Below the pieces are notes generated by a model, which made no database searches, had not been told where the DNA came from, and worked only from the letters and a program-made list of their open reading frames with translations. 64,000 bases of DNA from Isosphaeraceae bacterium (GTDB lineage: Bacteria > Planctomycetota > Planctomycetia > Isosphaerales > Isosphaeraceae), in NCBI GenBank assembly GCA_965201075.1, contig CBDAVP010000002.1, forward strand, positions 1 through 64,000, in the 5' to 3' direction. The translations under genes were made by a program, and so were the position numbers. Positions 49,503-60,347 of this stretch are shown here, piece by piece; within the stretch, counting starts at the first letter, position 1, and each line of letters starts with the position of its first letter.

Positions 49503-50963
49503 CTAGGCCGCCCCTTCCCCCTCTAACGACAGCGGTGGCGCGATGTCTTCCAGGGATGCCCGCTCGGCCTTGACGCCGAAAAAGGCGACCACGACGGCCG
49601 TCAGGGCCAGGATGGCCGCGGTGGCCAGGTCGCCGTAGAGGATGAATTTGGGGTCCTTGCGGCCGATCAGGTTTCCGAAGAGCCAGGGGGCGATCGTTCC
49701 ACCAATCGCCGTGCCAGCCGAGTAAAACAGGGCGATGGCCATGCCTCGCAGTTCCAGGGGGAAGATTTCGCTCACCGTCAGGTAGGCGGAACTGGCGGCG
49801 GCCGAGGCGAAAAAGAACGCCGCGGCCCACAGGGCAACCTGGGTCCAGGGGGTCAGCATGCCGGCATAAAACAAGCCCCCGGTCGCCGCCAGGAGGACCG
49901 CCGCGGCGAGGTACGTCCCCATGATCATCGGGCGACGGCCGATCGTGTCGAAGAAGTGGCCCAGGACCAGCGGGCCCATGAGGTTACCCAGGGTGAACGG
50001 CAGCAGATAAAGCCCGACCAGTCTCGCGGGAACCTCATAGAATTGTTCGAGGACCAGGGCCAGGGTGAACGCGACGCCGTTGTAAAGGAACGCCTGGGAG
50101 CCGATCATCGCCAGCCCCAAAACGGTGCGGCGCCCGTACTGCTTGAGCATGACGTGAGCGATCTTGAGGAAGCCGACGGGTCCGTGGGGCCGGATCGTCA
50201 TTGGCTTCCCCTCGGGCGGCGGCAACGTGCCGACCTTGGGGTCGGCCTCGATGGTTTGTTCCACCTGATCGACGATGGTTTCGGCTTCCTCGCGGCGTCC
50301 GTGGGTCAGCAGCCAGCGGGGACTTTCGGGGACGTGGTGTCTCAGGAAGATGATCCCCAGGCCCATCGCGGCCCCAATGCCGAATCCCAGCCGCCAACCC
50401 AGATCGATCGGCAAAATCCTCGGGTCGAGCAAGAGAAACGTCGCCCCGTAGCCCAGGGCCGAGCCCGCCCAGAAGGTGCCGTTGATCGCCAGGTCGACCC
50501 TGCCTCGCAGGCGAGCGGGGATCAACTCGTCGATGGCCGAGTTGATCGCCGCGTACTCGCCGCCGATTCCCGCCCCGGTCAGGAACCGAAAGACGGCGAA
50601 GCTCCAGAAATCCCAGGAAAAGGCCGTGGCGAAGGCCGCGACGAGGTAGAGCCCCAGCGTGGCCGAGAACAGTTTCTTGCGGCCCAGGCGGTCGGTCAGG
50701 TAACCAAAGCCGAGCGCTCCGAGGACCGCCCCGACCAGGTAGGCCGTTCCCAGCAGGCCGATCTGCTCGTCACGGAAGTGGAGCGTTTTCGGATCCTTGA
50801 GCACAACCCCCACGGCGCCGACGAGGGTGACTTCCAGCCCGTCGATGATCCAGGTGATCCCCAACGCCAGCACCACCATCCAGTGCCAGCGGCTCCAGGG
50901 CAGTCGGTCCATCCTGGCGGGGATGTCGGTGGAGAAGGACTGCGACTCGTCCGTTGCCGCCAT
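49503..50963 (-). CDS. MFS transporter (sugar/metabolite family)
   Basis: GYLTDRLGRK, RFLTGAGIGGEY, PESPRWL, DTIGRR, SEIFP..LRG. Confidence 0.92.
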   Translation of the reverse strand: MAATDESQSFSTDIPARMDRLPWSRWHWMVVLALGITWIIDGLEVTLVGAVGVVLKDPKTLHFRDEQIGLLGTAYLVGAVLGALGFGYLTDRLGRKKLFSATLGLYLVAAFATAFSWDFWSFAVFRFLTGAGIGGEYAAINSAIDELIPARLRGRVDLAINGTFWAGSALGYGATFLLLDPRILPIDLGWRLGFGIGAAMGLGIIFLRHHVPESPRWLLTHGRREEAETIVDQVEQTIEADPKVGTLPPPEGKPMTIRPHGPVGFLKIAHVMLKQYGRRTVLGLAMIGSQAFLYNGVAFTLALVLEQFYEVPARLVGLYLLPFTLGNLMGPLVLGHFFDTIGRRPMIMGTYLAAAVLLAATGGLFYAGMLTPWTQVALWAAAFFFASAAASSAYLTVSEIFPLELRGMAIALFYSAGTAIGGTIAPWLFGNLIGRKDPKFILYGDLATAAILALTAVVVAFFGVKAERASLEDIAPPLSLEGEGAA

Positions 50964-51015
50964 GAATCCCACCCCTCTCTCGCGGACCCGAGGATGACCC
51001 TTGGGGCCCGGGTGT

Positions 51016-51031
51016 AGCAACTGGCGAACCA
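51016..51031 (-). promoter_or_regulatory. Candidate sigma-54 promoter of the MFS gene
   Basis: Minus strand TGGTTCGCCAGTTGCT = GG-N10-GC with TTGCT, about 50 bp upstream of the start. Confidence 0.45.
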
Positions 51032-51228
51032 GGACCGGTCGGAAGGAAAAAGTGGCGGGTCGGGCGGACCGGACGGTTGCCGGCGGAATCGGGGGCTTTT
51101 AACATGCGCCCTTCGTGCCGACCGAGAGTGGCGTCCGTATGGAATCGCGGTCTCAACAGGGACCGTGGGACGCATTGCCGTAACCCTTTCGGCCGAGCGG
51201 CCCCCCAGATTTCCCGGAGCGAGACCCG

Positions 51229-52506
51229 ATGGCCCAGACCGCCTCCCACGTCGATCGGGCGTTTGCCCTGGCGAAAGAACGGTACGCGGACCTGGGCGTC
51301 GATGTCGACCGGGCGCTGGATCGGGTTTCGAGGGTGGCCGTTTCCCTGCATTGCTGGCAGGGGGACGACGTCGTGGGGTTCGAGAACTCGGGGGAAGCGC
51401 TGGGCGGCGGGTTGGCGGTCACGGGAAATTACCCCGGACGGGCGCGGACGGCCGAAGAATTGCGGGCCGACCTGGACGAGGCGTATCGATTGATCCCCGG
51501 CAAGCATCGGCTCAACCTGCACGCCATCTACGCCGAGACGAATGGTCGCAAGGTCGGCCGGGACGAGGTCGAGCCGGGCCACTTCCGCGGCTGGATCGAC
51601 TGGGCACGGTCGAGCGGAATTGGGATGGACTTCAACCCAAGCTTTTTCGCCCACCCCAGGGCCAGCGACGGATACACCCTGGCGCATCCTGATGCCGCGA
51701 TCCGTCGCTTCTGGATCGACCACGGGATCGCTTGCCGAAAAGTCGGTGCGGCCATTGGCGAGGCCCTTGGCCAGCCCTGCATCACCAACGTGTGGATTCC
51801 TGATGGCTCGAAGGACACGCCCATCGACCGCAAAGGACCCCGGGAGCGTTTGGTCGCGGCGCTGGATGAGGTCTTCGCGGCGAAGATCGACCCCCGGCAC
51901 AATAAGGATGCGGTCGAGGCCAAACTGTTCGGCCTGGGGTCGGAGTCTTACGTGGTGGGGTCTCACGAGTTCTACCTCGGATACGCCCAGGCCCGGAAGG
52001 TTCTGCTGTGTCTGGACGCCGGGCACTTCCATCCGACCGAGGTGATCTCCGACAAGCTTTCGGCCGTCCTGACGTTCCTGGATGAAGTGTTGCTGCACGT
52101 CAGCCGGGGAGTGCGCTGGGATAGCGACCATGTGGTCACGCTGACCGACGAACTGGAGGCGATCGCCCAGGAACTCGTGCGCGGCGACTATCTGGGGCGG
52201 GTCCACATCGGTCTGGATTTCTTCGACGCCAGCATCAACCGGGTGGCGGCGTGGGTGATCGGCACCCGGAACATGCTCAAGGCGCTGCTGATGGCCATGC
52301 TGGAGCCGATCGACACCTTGCGGGACCTGGAAGCCCGAGGCGACAACACCTCGCGACTGGCCCTCCTGGAAGAGTTGAAGACGTTGCCCTTTGGAGCGGT
52401 CTGGGATGCCCACTGCGAGCGGTCGGGCGTGCCGGTGGGTCGCGCCTGGGTCGACGCGGTCAAGCGTTATGAGACCGATCATCTTTCCCGTCGCCACTCC
52501 TCCTGA
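51229..52506 (+). CDS. rhaA: L-rhamnose isomerase
   Basis: [60 protein letters not shown]. Confidence 0.97.
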   Translation: MAQTASHVDRAFALAKERYADLGVDVDRALDRVSRVAVSLHCWQGDDVVGFENSGEALGGGLAVTGNYPGRARTAEELRADLDEAYRLIPGKHRLNLHAIYAETNGRKVGRDEVEPGHFRGWIDWARSSGIGMDFNPSFFAHPRASDGYTLAHPDAAIRRFWIDHGIACRKVGAAIGEALGQPCITNVWIPDGSKDTPIDRKGPRERLVAALDEVFAAKIDPRHNKDAVEAKLFGLGSESYVVGSHEFYLGYAQARKVLLCLDAGHFHPTEVISDKLSAVLTFLDEVLLHVSRGVRWDSDHVVTLTDELEAIAQELVRGDYLGRVHIGLDFFDASINRVAAWVIGTRNMLKALLMAMLEPIDTLRDLEARGDNTSRLALLEELKTLPFGAVWDAHCERSGVPVGRAWVDAVKRYETDHLSRRHSS

Positions 52507-52539
52507 TCCTTTCCTTTCTTCCTCGGACCCGATGCTTCC

Positions 52540-53739
52540 ATGACCCCCAACCCGCTGCTTGGTGTCGTCTATCACTGGCTCGGCGGCCTCGCCTCGGGCA
52601 GCTTTTATGTGCCGTATCGGGCGGTCCGGCGGTGGTCTTGGGAGACTTACTGGCTGGCCGGCGGGTTCTTCAGCTGGCTGATCGCGCCGTGGGTGCTGGC
52701 CCTGGCGCTGACCAATGATGTCACGATAGTGCTGAGCGAAACGCCCCGTGAGACCCTGGCCTGGACGTACTTTTTTGGGGTCCTCTGGGGTCTCGGGGGC
52801 CTGACGTTCGGTTTGACGATGCGTTACCTCGGGCTCTCGCTGGGAATGGCCACGGCGTTGGGATTTTGCGCAGTGGTCGGCACCCTGGCACCGGAGATTC
52901 AGAAAGGGACGTTTTCGGAGAACATTCTGGGAACGACCTCCGGTCGGGTCATCCTGTTGGGCGTGGCGATCTGCCTGGTGGGGATCGCCATTGCCGGCAT
53001 GGCGGGCATCTCCAAGGAACGAGAGATGTCCGAGGAAGAGAAGAAACGCACCGTCAAGGAGTTCAACCTTCGCAAGGGGGTGTTGGTGGCGGTCTTCTCC
53101 GGGATCATGAGTGCCTGCTTCGCGTTCGGGCTGACCGCCGGCGAGAATATCTCGCTCATCACCAAGGTTCACCGAACCTCGGACTTGTGGAGCGGTCTGC
53201 CCGTGCTGATTGTGGTCCTGCTGGGAGGGTTCACCACGAACTTCTTCTGGTGCGTGTACCTGAACATCAGGAATCGAACCGGATACGAGTATCTCAGCAC
53301 CCGACAGCGACGGGCGACCCTGGGCCGGGGACAGGAGACCATCGTCGAACCTGTCACCGACGCCCCAGGCGAGGAGATGGCCGCGCGACTTCCGGGCGGC
53401 TCCGAGATTGATGGGGACCGCATCCCTCTGCTCTCCAATTACTTCTTCAGTGCCCTGGCCGGAGTGACCTGGTATTTCCAGTTCTTCTTCTACTCAATGG
53501 GGCACACCAAGATGGGGAAACAGTTTGGTTTCTCCAGTTGGACGCTCCACATGGCCAGCATCATCATTTTCAGTTCCTTATGGGGGATCGCGCTACGCGA
53601 GTGGAAGGGAACCAGCGTCCGGACTCGCGGGTTGCTGGGCCTGGGTCTGGCGGTCCTGATTGGTTCAACGGTCATTGTTGGGTACGGCAACAAACTCGGC
53701 GCCGATCAGCCGGCGGCTTCCACCTCATCGGCCCACTAA
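52540..53739 (+). CDS. rhaT: L-rhamnose/proton symporter
   Basis: SFYVP...WSWE, WGLGGLTFGLTMRYLG, GIMSA, WYFQFFFY, SWTLHM, EWK. Confidence 0.92.
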   Translation: MTPNPLLGVVYHWLGGLASGSFYVPYRAVRRWSWETYWLAGGFFSWLIAPWVLALALTNDVTIVLSETPRETLAWTYFFGVLWGLGGLTFGLTMRYLGLSLGMATALGFCAVVGTLAPEIQKGTFSENILGTTSGRVILLGVAICLVGIAIAGMAGISKEREMSEEEKKRTVKEFNLRKGVLVAVFSGIMSACFAFGLTAGENISLITKVHRTSDLWSGLPVLIVVLLGGFTTNFFWCVYLNIRNRTGYEYLSTRQRRATLGRGQETIVEPVTDAPGEEMAARLPGGSEIDGDRIPLLSNYFFSALAGVTWYFQFFFYSMGHTKMGKQFGFSSWTLHMASIIIFSSLWGIALREWKGTSVRTRGLLGLGLAVLIGSTVIVGYGNKLGADQPAASTSSAH

Positions 53740-53752
53740 CACCCCGAGACTC

Positions 53753-56700
53753 ATGAACCGACGCATCCGTTCCCTGTTGGCCCTGGTCGTTTGGCCGTTG
53801 ACGGCCGCGAGTCCCGCCCCGGCGCTGGCCGACCCCGGCGCTCTCGTCCCGACCTACTTGCGGACCGAGGCCCGCGTCAATCCGCTGGGTCTGGAGGACA
53901 AGGCGCCTCGACTGAGCTGGATTGTCGAATCGTCGGCTCGTGGTCAGGTGCAGTCGGCGTATCAGGTTCTGGTCGCGTCGGCTCCGGAGGGATTGGCGGC
54001 CGACAAGGGAGATTTGTGGGATAGCGGCAAGGTGGCCAGCGATGAGACGACCAACATCGCCTACGCCGGCAAGCCCCTCGCCTCGCATGCGTATGCCTTC
54101 TGGAAGGTGAAGGTCTGGGACAAGGCCGACGCGGCCTCGGCCTGGAGTCCTCCGGCGCAGTGGTCGGCCGGTATCCTGGAGCCCTCGGGGTGGACGGCCC
54201 AGTGGATTGGCTATGACGGCAACCGCGTGGGGGAGAACCCCGAGCCTCCGGTCGCCGGCGCCAAGTGGATCTGGTCGAAGTCCGGTGATGGGGCCGTGGC
54301 TCCCAAGGGGGTCTCATATTTCCTGAAGCGGTTCAACCTGCCGGGTGGAGCGAAAGCGCCCAAGGCCGAATTGCACGTCTCAGCCTCGGACCGGTTCTTC
54401 GTTTACGTCAACAAGCAACTCGCCGCCACCGACCTGCCGGGCGCGGTGCCGATCCAGTGGGTGCGGCCCGTCGATATCCTGCCGCACATCAAGGACGGCG
54501 AGAACGAGATCCTCGTCAAGGTCGAGCACGCCGCCGACGGCCCCGCCGGGCTTCTGGTCCACGTTGATGCGAAGGGCGAGGACGGCAAGACGACGACCGT
54601 CAACACCGATGAGTCCTGGCAGCAGGTCTACAAGACCGAGGCGAACTGGGGACCCGACGATCAGGATCTGTGGGCGTCGAACTGGACCGACAGCCGCGTC
54701 CTGGCCGAGTATGGCGGCGCCCCGTTCGGCAAGCTCAAGCACGATGTGCTGTTCCTGCCCCCCCCGCCCCACCTGCGAACCGCGTTCCAGGCGGAGAAGC
54801 CCATCAAACGGGCGACCTTGTACGCGACCGGCCTGGGGATCTTCGACCTCTACCTGAACGGCCACCGCGTCACCGACGACACCTTCAACCCCGGCTGGAC
54901 CGACTACAACAAGCGGGTTCTGTATCGGGCCTACGACGTGACGCCCCTGGTTCAGTCCGGAGAAAACGCGCTCGGGGCGATTTTGGCTGACGGCTGGTAC
55001 AGCGGCTACATCGGCTGGGGACACCTGCGCGACCATTACGGCAAGAAGCCCCGGTTCCTCGGCCAGTTGCACGTGGAGTATGCCGACGGCACGACCGCCG
55101 AGGTCGCCACCGGACCGAACTGGAAGGCCGGCACCGGCGCGATTCGCGAGTCCGACTTCCTGATGGGCGAGACGGTCGACGCTCGCCAGGCCGCCAATGG
55201 TTGGGATCGTCCCGGCTTCGATGACTCGTCCTGGAAGCCGGTGGATGTGTGCGCCGAGTTGAAGCCGGTCGTTCAGCCCCACCCCGGGCCGCCGGTGCGG
55301 GCTTTTGCTGAGTTGAAGGCCACGAAGATCACTCAGCCGAGGCCGGGGGTTTACGTGCTGGACCTGGGGCAAAACTTCGCCGGCGTGCCGAGGCTAACGC
55401 TGCACAATGCCTCGCCCGGCCAGCGGATCAACCTGCGGTTCGCCGAGCGGCTGAACGCCGATGGCTCGCTGTACACAATCAACTACCGAGGGGCCCGGTC
55501 GATCGACACCTACATTGCCCGGGGCGGCCCGATCGAGGTGTTCGAGCCCCGGTTCACCTTCCACGGGTTCCAGTATGTCGAGCTTTCGGGCCTGACCGCC
55601 CCGCCCGCGGCCGATACCCTGGTCGGCGTGGCCCTCAGCAGCGCCACGCCGGTCGCCGGGATTTTCGAGTCGTCCGATGCGACGCTCAACAAAATCCATA
55701 GCAACGGCTACTGGACCCAGCGGTCCAACTTCATCGACATCCCGACTGACTGCCCCCAGCGAGACGAACGCCTCGGCTGGACCGGCGACGCCCAGGTCTA
55801 CGTTCGGGCCGCCACGCTCAACGCCGACGTCCAGGCGTTTTTCGCCAAGTGGCTAGTCGACCTGGAAGACGGACAGCGGGCCGACGGCCAGTTTCCGATG
55901 GTCGCGCCGGTCAAGGTAGCCGAGGCCGACGGCGGACCCGCCTGGGCCGACGCCGGCACCGTTTGCCCGTGGACGATTTATGACGTTTACGGCGACCGTC
56001 GATTGCTGGAGAAGCACTACCCGTCGATGACCCGGTTCATCGCCTTCACCGAGCGTCGCAGTCCCGACCTCCTGCCGCCGGCCACCTACCACTGCTTCGG
56101 CGACTGGTTGAGCATCAACGCCGACACGCCCAAGGACGTCATCTACACGGCCTATTTCGCCCTCAGCACCAGATTGACCGCCCGCGCCGCCGAGGCGCTT
56201 GGCAAGGTCGACGAGGCCGAGAAGTTCAATGCTCTGTTCGGCAGGATCAAGACGGCGTTCAACAAGGCGTTCGTCGCCGAGGACGGGCGGATCAAGGGGG
56301 ACACCCAGGCAGTTTACGTGATGGCGATCGCCTTCGGCCTGCTCGACGCCGAGAAGCAGAAGCTGGCCGCCAACCACCTGGTCGCCAACATCGAGGCCCG
56401 CGATTTCCACCTGTCGACGGGGTTCATCGGCACCAAGGACCTGATGCTGGCCCTTTCCAAGATTGGCCGCGAGGACGTCGCCTATCGCCTGCTGTTTCAG
56501 GACACCTTCCCCGGCTGGGGGTTCTCGATCAAGCAGGGGGCGACGAGCATCTGGGAGCGTTGGGACGGATACACCCCCGAGAAAGGGTTCCAGGACGCGG
56601 GGATGAATTCGTTCGCCCACTATTCCTTTGGCGCGGTCTACCAGTGGATCGTCGAGAACGTCGGCGGCATCCGCTCCGATGGCCCGTCCTACAAGAAGAT

Positions 56701-56998
56701 CGTGATCGCCCCGAGGCCCGGAGGCCCGTTGACCTGGGCCGTGACGGGGTATCGGAGCGTGCGGGGACAGATCGCCACCCGCTGGAAGAAGAAGCGGGGC
56801 GTGCTGACCCTCGACGTGACGGTCCCCGCCAACACCACCGCCACCATCCACATTCCGGCCGCCCGCGCCGAGGATGTCACCGAGGGCGGCAAGGCCCTTG
56901 CCGACGCCGAAGGGATTCGCGTGGAGCAGGCGGGCGAAGGCATTGTGGCCCTCTCGGTGGGCTCGGGGGTTTACCGGTTCGCGACCCAGGCACGTTGA
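53753..56998 (+). CDS. Secreted alpha-L-rhamnosidase (GH78)
   Basis: Signal peptide, PGWTDY, DLGQN, FTFHGFQY, PTDCPQRDERLGWTGD, ATSIWERW, MNSFAHY. Confidence 0.93.
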   Translation: MNRRIRSLLALVVWPLTAASPAPALADPGALVPTYLRTEARVNPLGLEDKAPRLSWIVESSARGQVQSAYQVLVASAPEGLAADKGDLWDSGKVASDETTNIAYAGKPLASHAYAFWKVKVWDKADAASAWSPPAQWSAGILEPSGWTAQWIGYDGNRVGENPEPPVAGAKWIWSKSGDGAVAPKGVSYFLKRFNLPGGAKAPKAELHVSASDRFFVYVNKQLAATDLPGAVPIQWVRPVDILPHIKDGENEILVKVEHAADGPAGLLVHVDAKGEDGKTTTVNTDESWQQVYKTEANWGPDDQDLWASNWTDSRVLAEYGGAPFGKLKHDVLFLPPPPHLRTAFQAEKPIKRATLYATGLGIFDLYLNGHRVTDDTFNPGWTDYNKRVLYRAYDVTPLVQSGENALGAILADGWYSGYIGWGHLRDHYGKKPRFLGQLHVEYADGTTAEVATGPNWKAGTGAIRESDFLMGETVDARQAANGWDRPGFDDSSWKPVDVCAELKPVVQPHPGPPVRAFAELKATKITQPRPGVYVLDLGQNFAGVPRLTLHNASPGQRINLRFAERLNADGSLYTINYRGARSIDTYIARGGPIEVFEPRFTFHGFQYVELSGLTAPPAADTLVGVALSSATPVAGIFESSDATLNKIHSNGYWTQRSNFIDIPTDCPQRDERLGWTGDAQVYVRAATLNADVQAFFAKWLVDLEDGQRADGQFPMVAPVKVAEADGGPAWADAGTVCPWTIYDVYGDRRLLEKHYPSMTRFIAFTERRSPDLLPPATYHCFGDWLSINADTPKDVIYTAYFALSTRLTARAAEALGKVDEAEKFNALFGRIKTAFNKAFVAEDGRIKGDTQAVYVMAIAFGLLDAEKQKLAANHLVANIEARDFHLSTGFIGTKDLMLALSKIGREDVAYRLLFQDTFPGWGFSIKQGATSIWERWDGYTPEKGFQDAGMNSFAHYSFGAVYQWIVENVGGIRSDGPSYKKIVIAPRPGGPLTWAVTGYRSVRGQIATRWKKKRGVLTLDVTVPANTTATIHIPAARAEDVTEGGKALADAEGIRVEQAGEGIVALSVGSGVYRFATQAR

Positions 56999-57127
56999 CG
57001 ATTCGCGGTATGGGGATTCAATCACCCTGGCGGGGCGAGGGCCTGGCGGACCATTCCGTCGCCCCTTTTGCTCCGCCAGCGGCGTTTCCGGCCTGTCAGG
57101 AATGACCGTTGAACGAGGTTCCGAGCG

Positions 57128-60100
57128 ATGCGCAAGTCTTACCTGTTCCTGCTCGGACTGTTGCTCTCCACGGCCAATGGTGACGAGCCGGCGAAAGTGT
57201 CGGACCGGCTCCGCGTCCCCGAAGGGTTTGTCATCGAGCCAGTCGCTGGCCCGCCGCTGGTGGACCGGCCGATCGTCGCCGACCTTGACGAGTTGGGTCG
57301 GCTCTACGTCGCCGACTCTTCGGGTTCGAACGCGCCGGTCGCGGAGCAGCTCAGAAATCCCACGCACCGGGTTGTCCGCCTGGAGGACACCGACGGCGAC
57401 GGCCGGTTCGACCGAAGCACGGTCTTCGCCGACCGGCTGATGTTTCCCGAGGGGGCGATGTGGCTCGATGGGTCACTCTACGTCGCGGCTCCACCGTCAA
57501 TCTGGAAACTGACCGACGACGATGGCGACGGGGTGGCCGAGCGTCGGGAGGAGTGGTTTCGGGGCAAGACCCTGACCGGTTGCGCGAACGACCTTCACGG
57601 CCCGTACCTCGGCCCCGACGGCCGGATTTACTGGTGCAAGGGGGCCGACGCCGAACAAACCTACCCTCGCGCCGGCCGGTCGCCCCTGGTGACTCGCGCC
57701 GCTCACATCTTCCGCTCGCGAGTGGATGGGTCGGAGATCGAGCCGGTGATGACCGGCGGCATGGACAACCCCGTCGAGGTCGCCTTCACCCCCGGGGGGG
57801 AGCGGATTTTCACCACGACCTTTCTTCAGGAACCCGAAGGCGGGCGCCGGGACGGGATAATCCACGACATTTACGGGGGGATTTACGGCAAGGTCCGTGG
57901 CGGGCTGGAGAATCATCTCCGGACGGGCCGCGAGGTCATGCCGGTTCTGGTCCACCTGGGGCCCGCCGCTCCCAGCGGGTTGACTCGTCGGGAGTCCGAC
58001 GCCTGGGGGCCGGACTACCGCGACAACCTTTTCGCGGCCCTGTTCAACCTTCGCAAGGTGACCCGCCACGTCCTGACGCCCGAGGGTTCAACCTTTCACG
58101 CCACCACCGAGGACTTTCTGACTTCGACCGACCCGGATTTTCACCCGACCGACGTCCTGGAAGACGCCGATGGGAGTCTTCTCGTCCTCGACACCGGCGG
58201 TTGGTACAAACTCTGCTGCCCAACCTCGCAACTGGCCAAGGCGGAGGTATTGGGGGCGATTTACCGCATCCGCAAGGCCGACACTCGTCGCGTCGACGAC
58301 CCTCGCGGCCTGAAGCTGGGTTGGGGCAACCCCAGTCACGACGAACTCGCGAGCCGGCTGGACGACCCGCGTCCCGTGATTCGTCGACGTGCCACGGGGT
58401 TCCTCGCGAGGCTTGGTCCATCGTCGCTTCCGACATTAGCGAGGGTGATTCGCGAGGGGAAATCGGTCGAGGCGCGACGATCGGCGGTCTGGGCCACCAC
58501 TCGGGTTGACCATCCGGGGGCTCGGGACGCCACTCGCCTGGCCCTGGACGACCCGGACGCCACGGTCCGTCAGGCAGCCTTGAATGCGATCAGCCTTTGG
58601 CGGGATCGCGCGGCGGTCTCCCCTCTGTTGCGCGTCTTGAAACGCGACGCATCCGCCGGCCGACGGGTCGCCGCCGAGGCCCTGGGTCGGATCGGGGCGG
58701 CCGAGGCCGTGCCCGCCTTGCTGGATGCTGCGGAGATTCCCGCGGATCGGCCCCTGGACCATGCCTTGACGCTGGCGTTGATCGAGATCGGCGACTCGGA
58801 CGCGACCCGCGAAGGCTTGAAACGGGCGAATCCCGACGTACGCCGGGCGGCCTTGATCGCCCTCGACCAGATGCCCAACGGCCACCTCGGGCCCGAGGTC
58901 ATCGTCGCGGAACTCGACGCGGTGGATCCTGAACTTCGCGAGGCCGCCGGTTGGATCGTGGGCCGTCACCCCGAATGGGCCTCCACCGTGGCCGACGCCC
59001 TGCCCGGTTGGATGGCCGCATGGCCAGGGAAAACTCAGGTACAAAGAGGGGACCTGGAACGACGGATCGGAGAGTTTGCTGGGGCCGGGGCGGTCCAGGA
59101 CCTCCTGGGGACCTATCTCGACGATGCCGCAGCTCCGCTTGATGGGAAACTGATGGTGCTGCGGGCCCTCAACCGTCCTGCTTTGTCATTGCGTTCCGAA
59201 GGATTGAGCCGGGCCCTGGTCCGTCTGGTGGTGAGTCCCGAGGACGCATTGGCCCGCCAGGCGGTCTTGAGCGTGAGGAACCTCCTGGTCGTTCCTTCCT
59301 TGTCGGGGAAGCTCCTCGAGGCCCTCTTGCGACGAGGTTCGCTGGCAACGGCGTCGGCGGAGTCTCGGATCGAATCCCTTGCCTCGATCGCGCCGGGGCG
59401 ATTGGTGCCCGATCGCGAGTTGTTCGACTTCCTTCGAGGTCAGTTGGCCTCGGACGGGCCAGTCACTCAGCGATTGATGGCGGCCGACGTCCTGGCCCAG
59501 GCCCGGCTCGGGGTGGACGATCTGGTCTCTTTGACGGCCGAACTTCCCGAGGCGGGACCGCTGGTGCTGGATCGCCTCCTGCCCTGCTTTTTGAAGTCGA
59601 CGGAGGATCGGGTAGGCCTTGCTTTGGTCGAGGCACTGGGCCGGCCCTCGCCGCCCTCGGGACTACGGGTCGCCACGCTTCGCGATCTTCTGGAGCCATT
59701 TGGGGCGCCGGTGAAGGCCGCCGCCGAGCCCCTTTTCGCCGCGATCCACCAGAGTGAGGCCGCTCAGCGGGGCCGGCTCGATGCGCTCCTGGCGGCATCG
59801 GCCGGGGGAGATGCTCGCCTCGGTCGAGAGGTTTTCAACGGTTCCAAGGCGGCGTGCGTCACCTGTCACGCCATTGGCTACCTGGGCGGCAAGGTCGGGC
59901 CGGACCTGACCCGCATCGGCGAGGTCCGCACCCGTCGGGATCTGCTGGAGGCGATCGCCTACCCGAGTGCCAGCTTCGTCCGCGGTTATGAACCCGTCCA
60001 GGTCGCCACGAAGCAAGGTGTGGTTGTTTCGGGCGTCCTGCGAACCGAGACGCCCGAGGCCATCGTTCTGGTCACCGGACCGGAAAAAGAGGCCCGCATC

Positions 60101-60223
60101 GCCCGGGAGGAGATTGACGAACTTCGACCCGGGACGGTCTCGGTCATGCCGGCGGGCCTTGAGCAGCAGTTGACTGCGGGAGAACTCGGCGACCTCCTGA
60201 CCTTCCTCCAGGGGTGCCGCTGA
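57128..60223 (+). CDS. PVC-type heme-binding CxxCH protein (propeller, HEAT, cytochrome c)
   Basis: Signal peptide, LEDTDGDG, DFHPTDV, HEAT repeats, CVTCH, GPDL, SVMP. Confidence 0.88.
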   Translation: MRKSYLFLLGLLLSTANGDEPAKVSDRLRVPEGFVIEPVAGPPLVDRPIVADLDELGRLYVADSSGSNAPVAEQLRNPTHRVVRLEDTDGDGRFDRSTVFADRLMFPEGAMWLDGSLYVAAPPSIWKLTDDDGDGVAERREEWFRGKTLTGCANDLHGPYLGPDGRIYWCKGADAEQTYPRAGRSPLVTRAAHIFRSRVDGSEIEPVMTGGMDNPVEVAFTPGGERIFTTTFLQEPEGGRRDGIIHDIYGGIYGKVRGGLENHLRTGREVMPVLVHLGPAAPSGLTRRESDAWGPDYRDNLFAALFNLRKVTRHVLTPEGSTFHATTEDFLTSTDPDFHPTDVLEDADGSLLVLDTGGWYKLCCPTSQLAKAEVLGAIYRIRKADTRRVDDPRGLKLGWGNPSHDELASRLDDPRPVIRRRATGFLARLGPSSLPTLARVIREGKSVEARRSAVWATTRVDHPGARDATRLALDDPDATVRQAALNAISLWRDRAAVSPLLRVLKRDASAGRRVAAEALGRIGAAEAVPALLDAAEIPADRPLDHALTLALIEIGDSDATREGLKRANPDVRRAALIALDQMPNGHLGPEVIVAELDAVDPELREAAGWIVGRHPEWASTVADALPGWMAAWPGKTQVQRGDLERRIGEFAGAGAVQDLLGTYLDDAAAPLDGKLMVLRALNRPALSLRSEGLSRALVRLVVSPEDALARQAVLSVRNLLVVPSLSGKLLEALLRRGSLATASAESRIESLASIAPGRLVPDRELFDFLRGQLASDGPVTQRLMAADVLAQARLGVDDLVSLTAELPEAGPLVLDRLLPCFLKSTEDRVGLALVEALGRPSPPSGLRVATLRDLLEPFGAPVKAAAEPLFAAIHQSEAAQRGRLDALLAASAGGDARLGREVFNGSKAACVTCHAIGYLGGKVGPDLTRIGEVRTRRDLLEAIAYPSASFVRGYEPVQVATKQGVVVSGVLRTETPEAIVLVTGPEKEARIAREEIDELRPGTVSVMPAGLEQQLTAGELGDLLTFLQGCR

Positions 60224-60347
60224 ACGGCCGGGATTGAGCTGGGCCCGCCTCGCGGGCCGATCGGCACGACGCGCCGGCCTCAAGTGGTCCCGACCCCCCT
60301 TCATCGCCGATAATCGACGGGCCAGGGTCGATTTCGAGGGGGGAGCC

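Noticed and set aside
47010..49526. 838-aa + strand ORF
   Set aside because: Antisense to the giant heme protein gene
50770..53172. 800-aa minus-strand ORF
   Set aside because: Antisense to rhaA/rhaT
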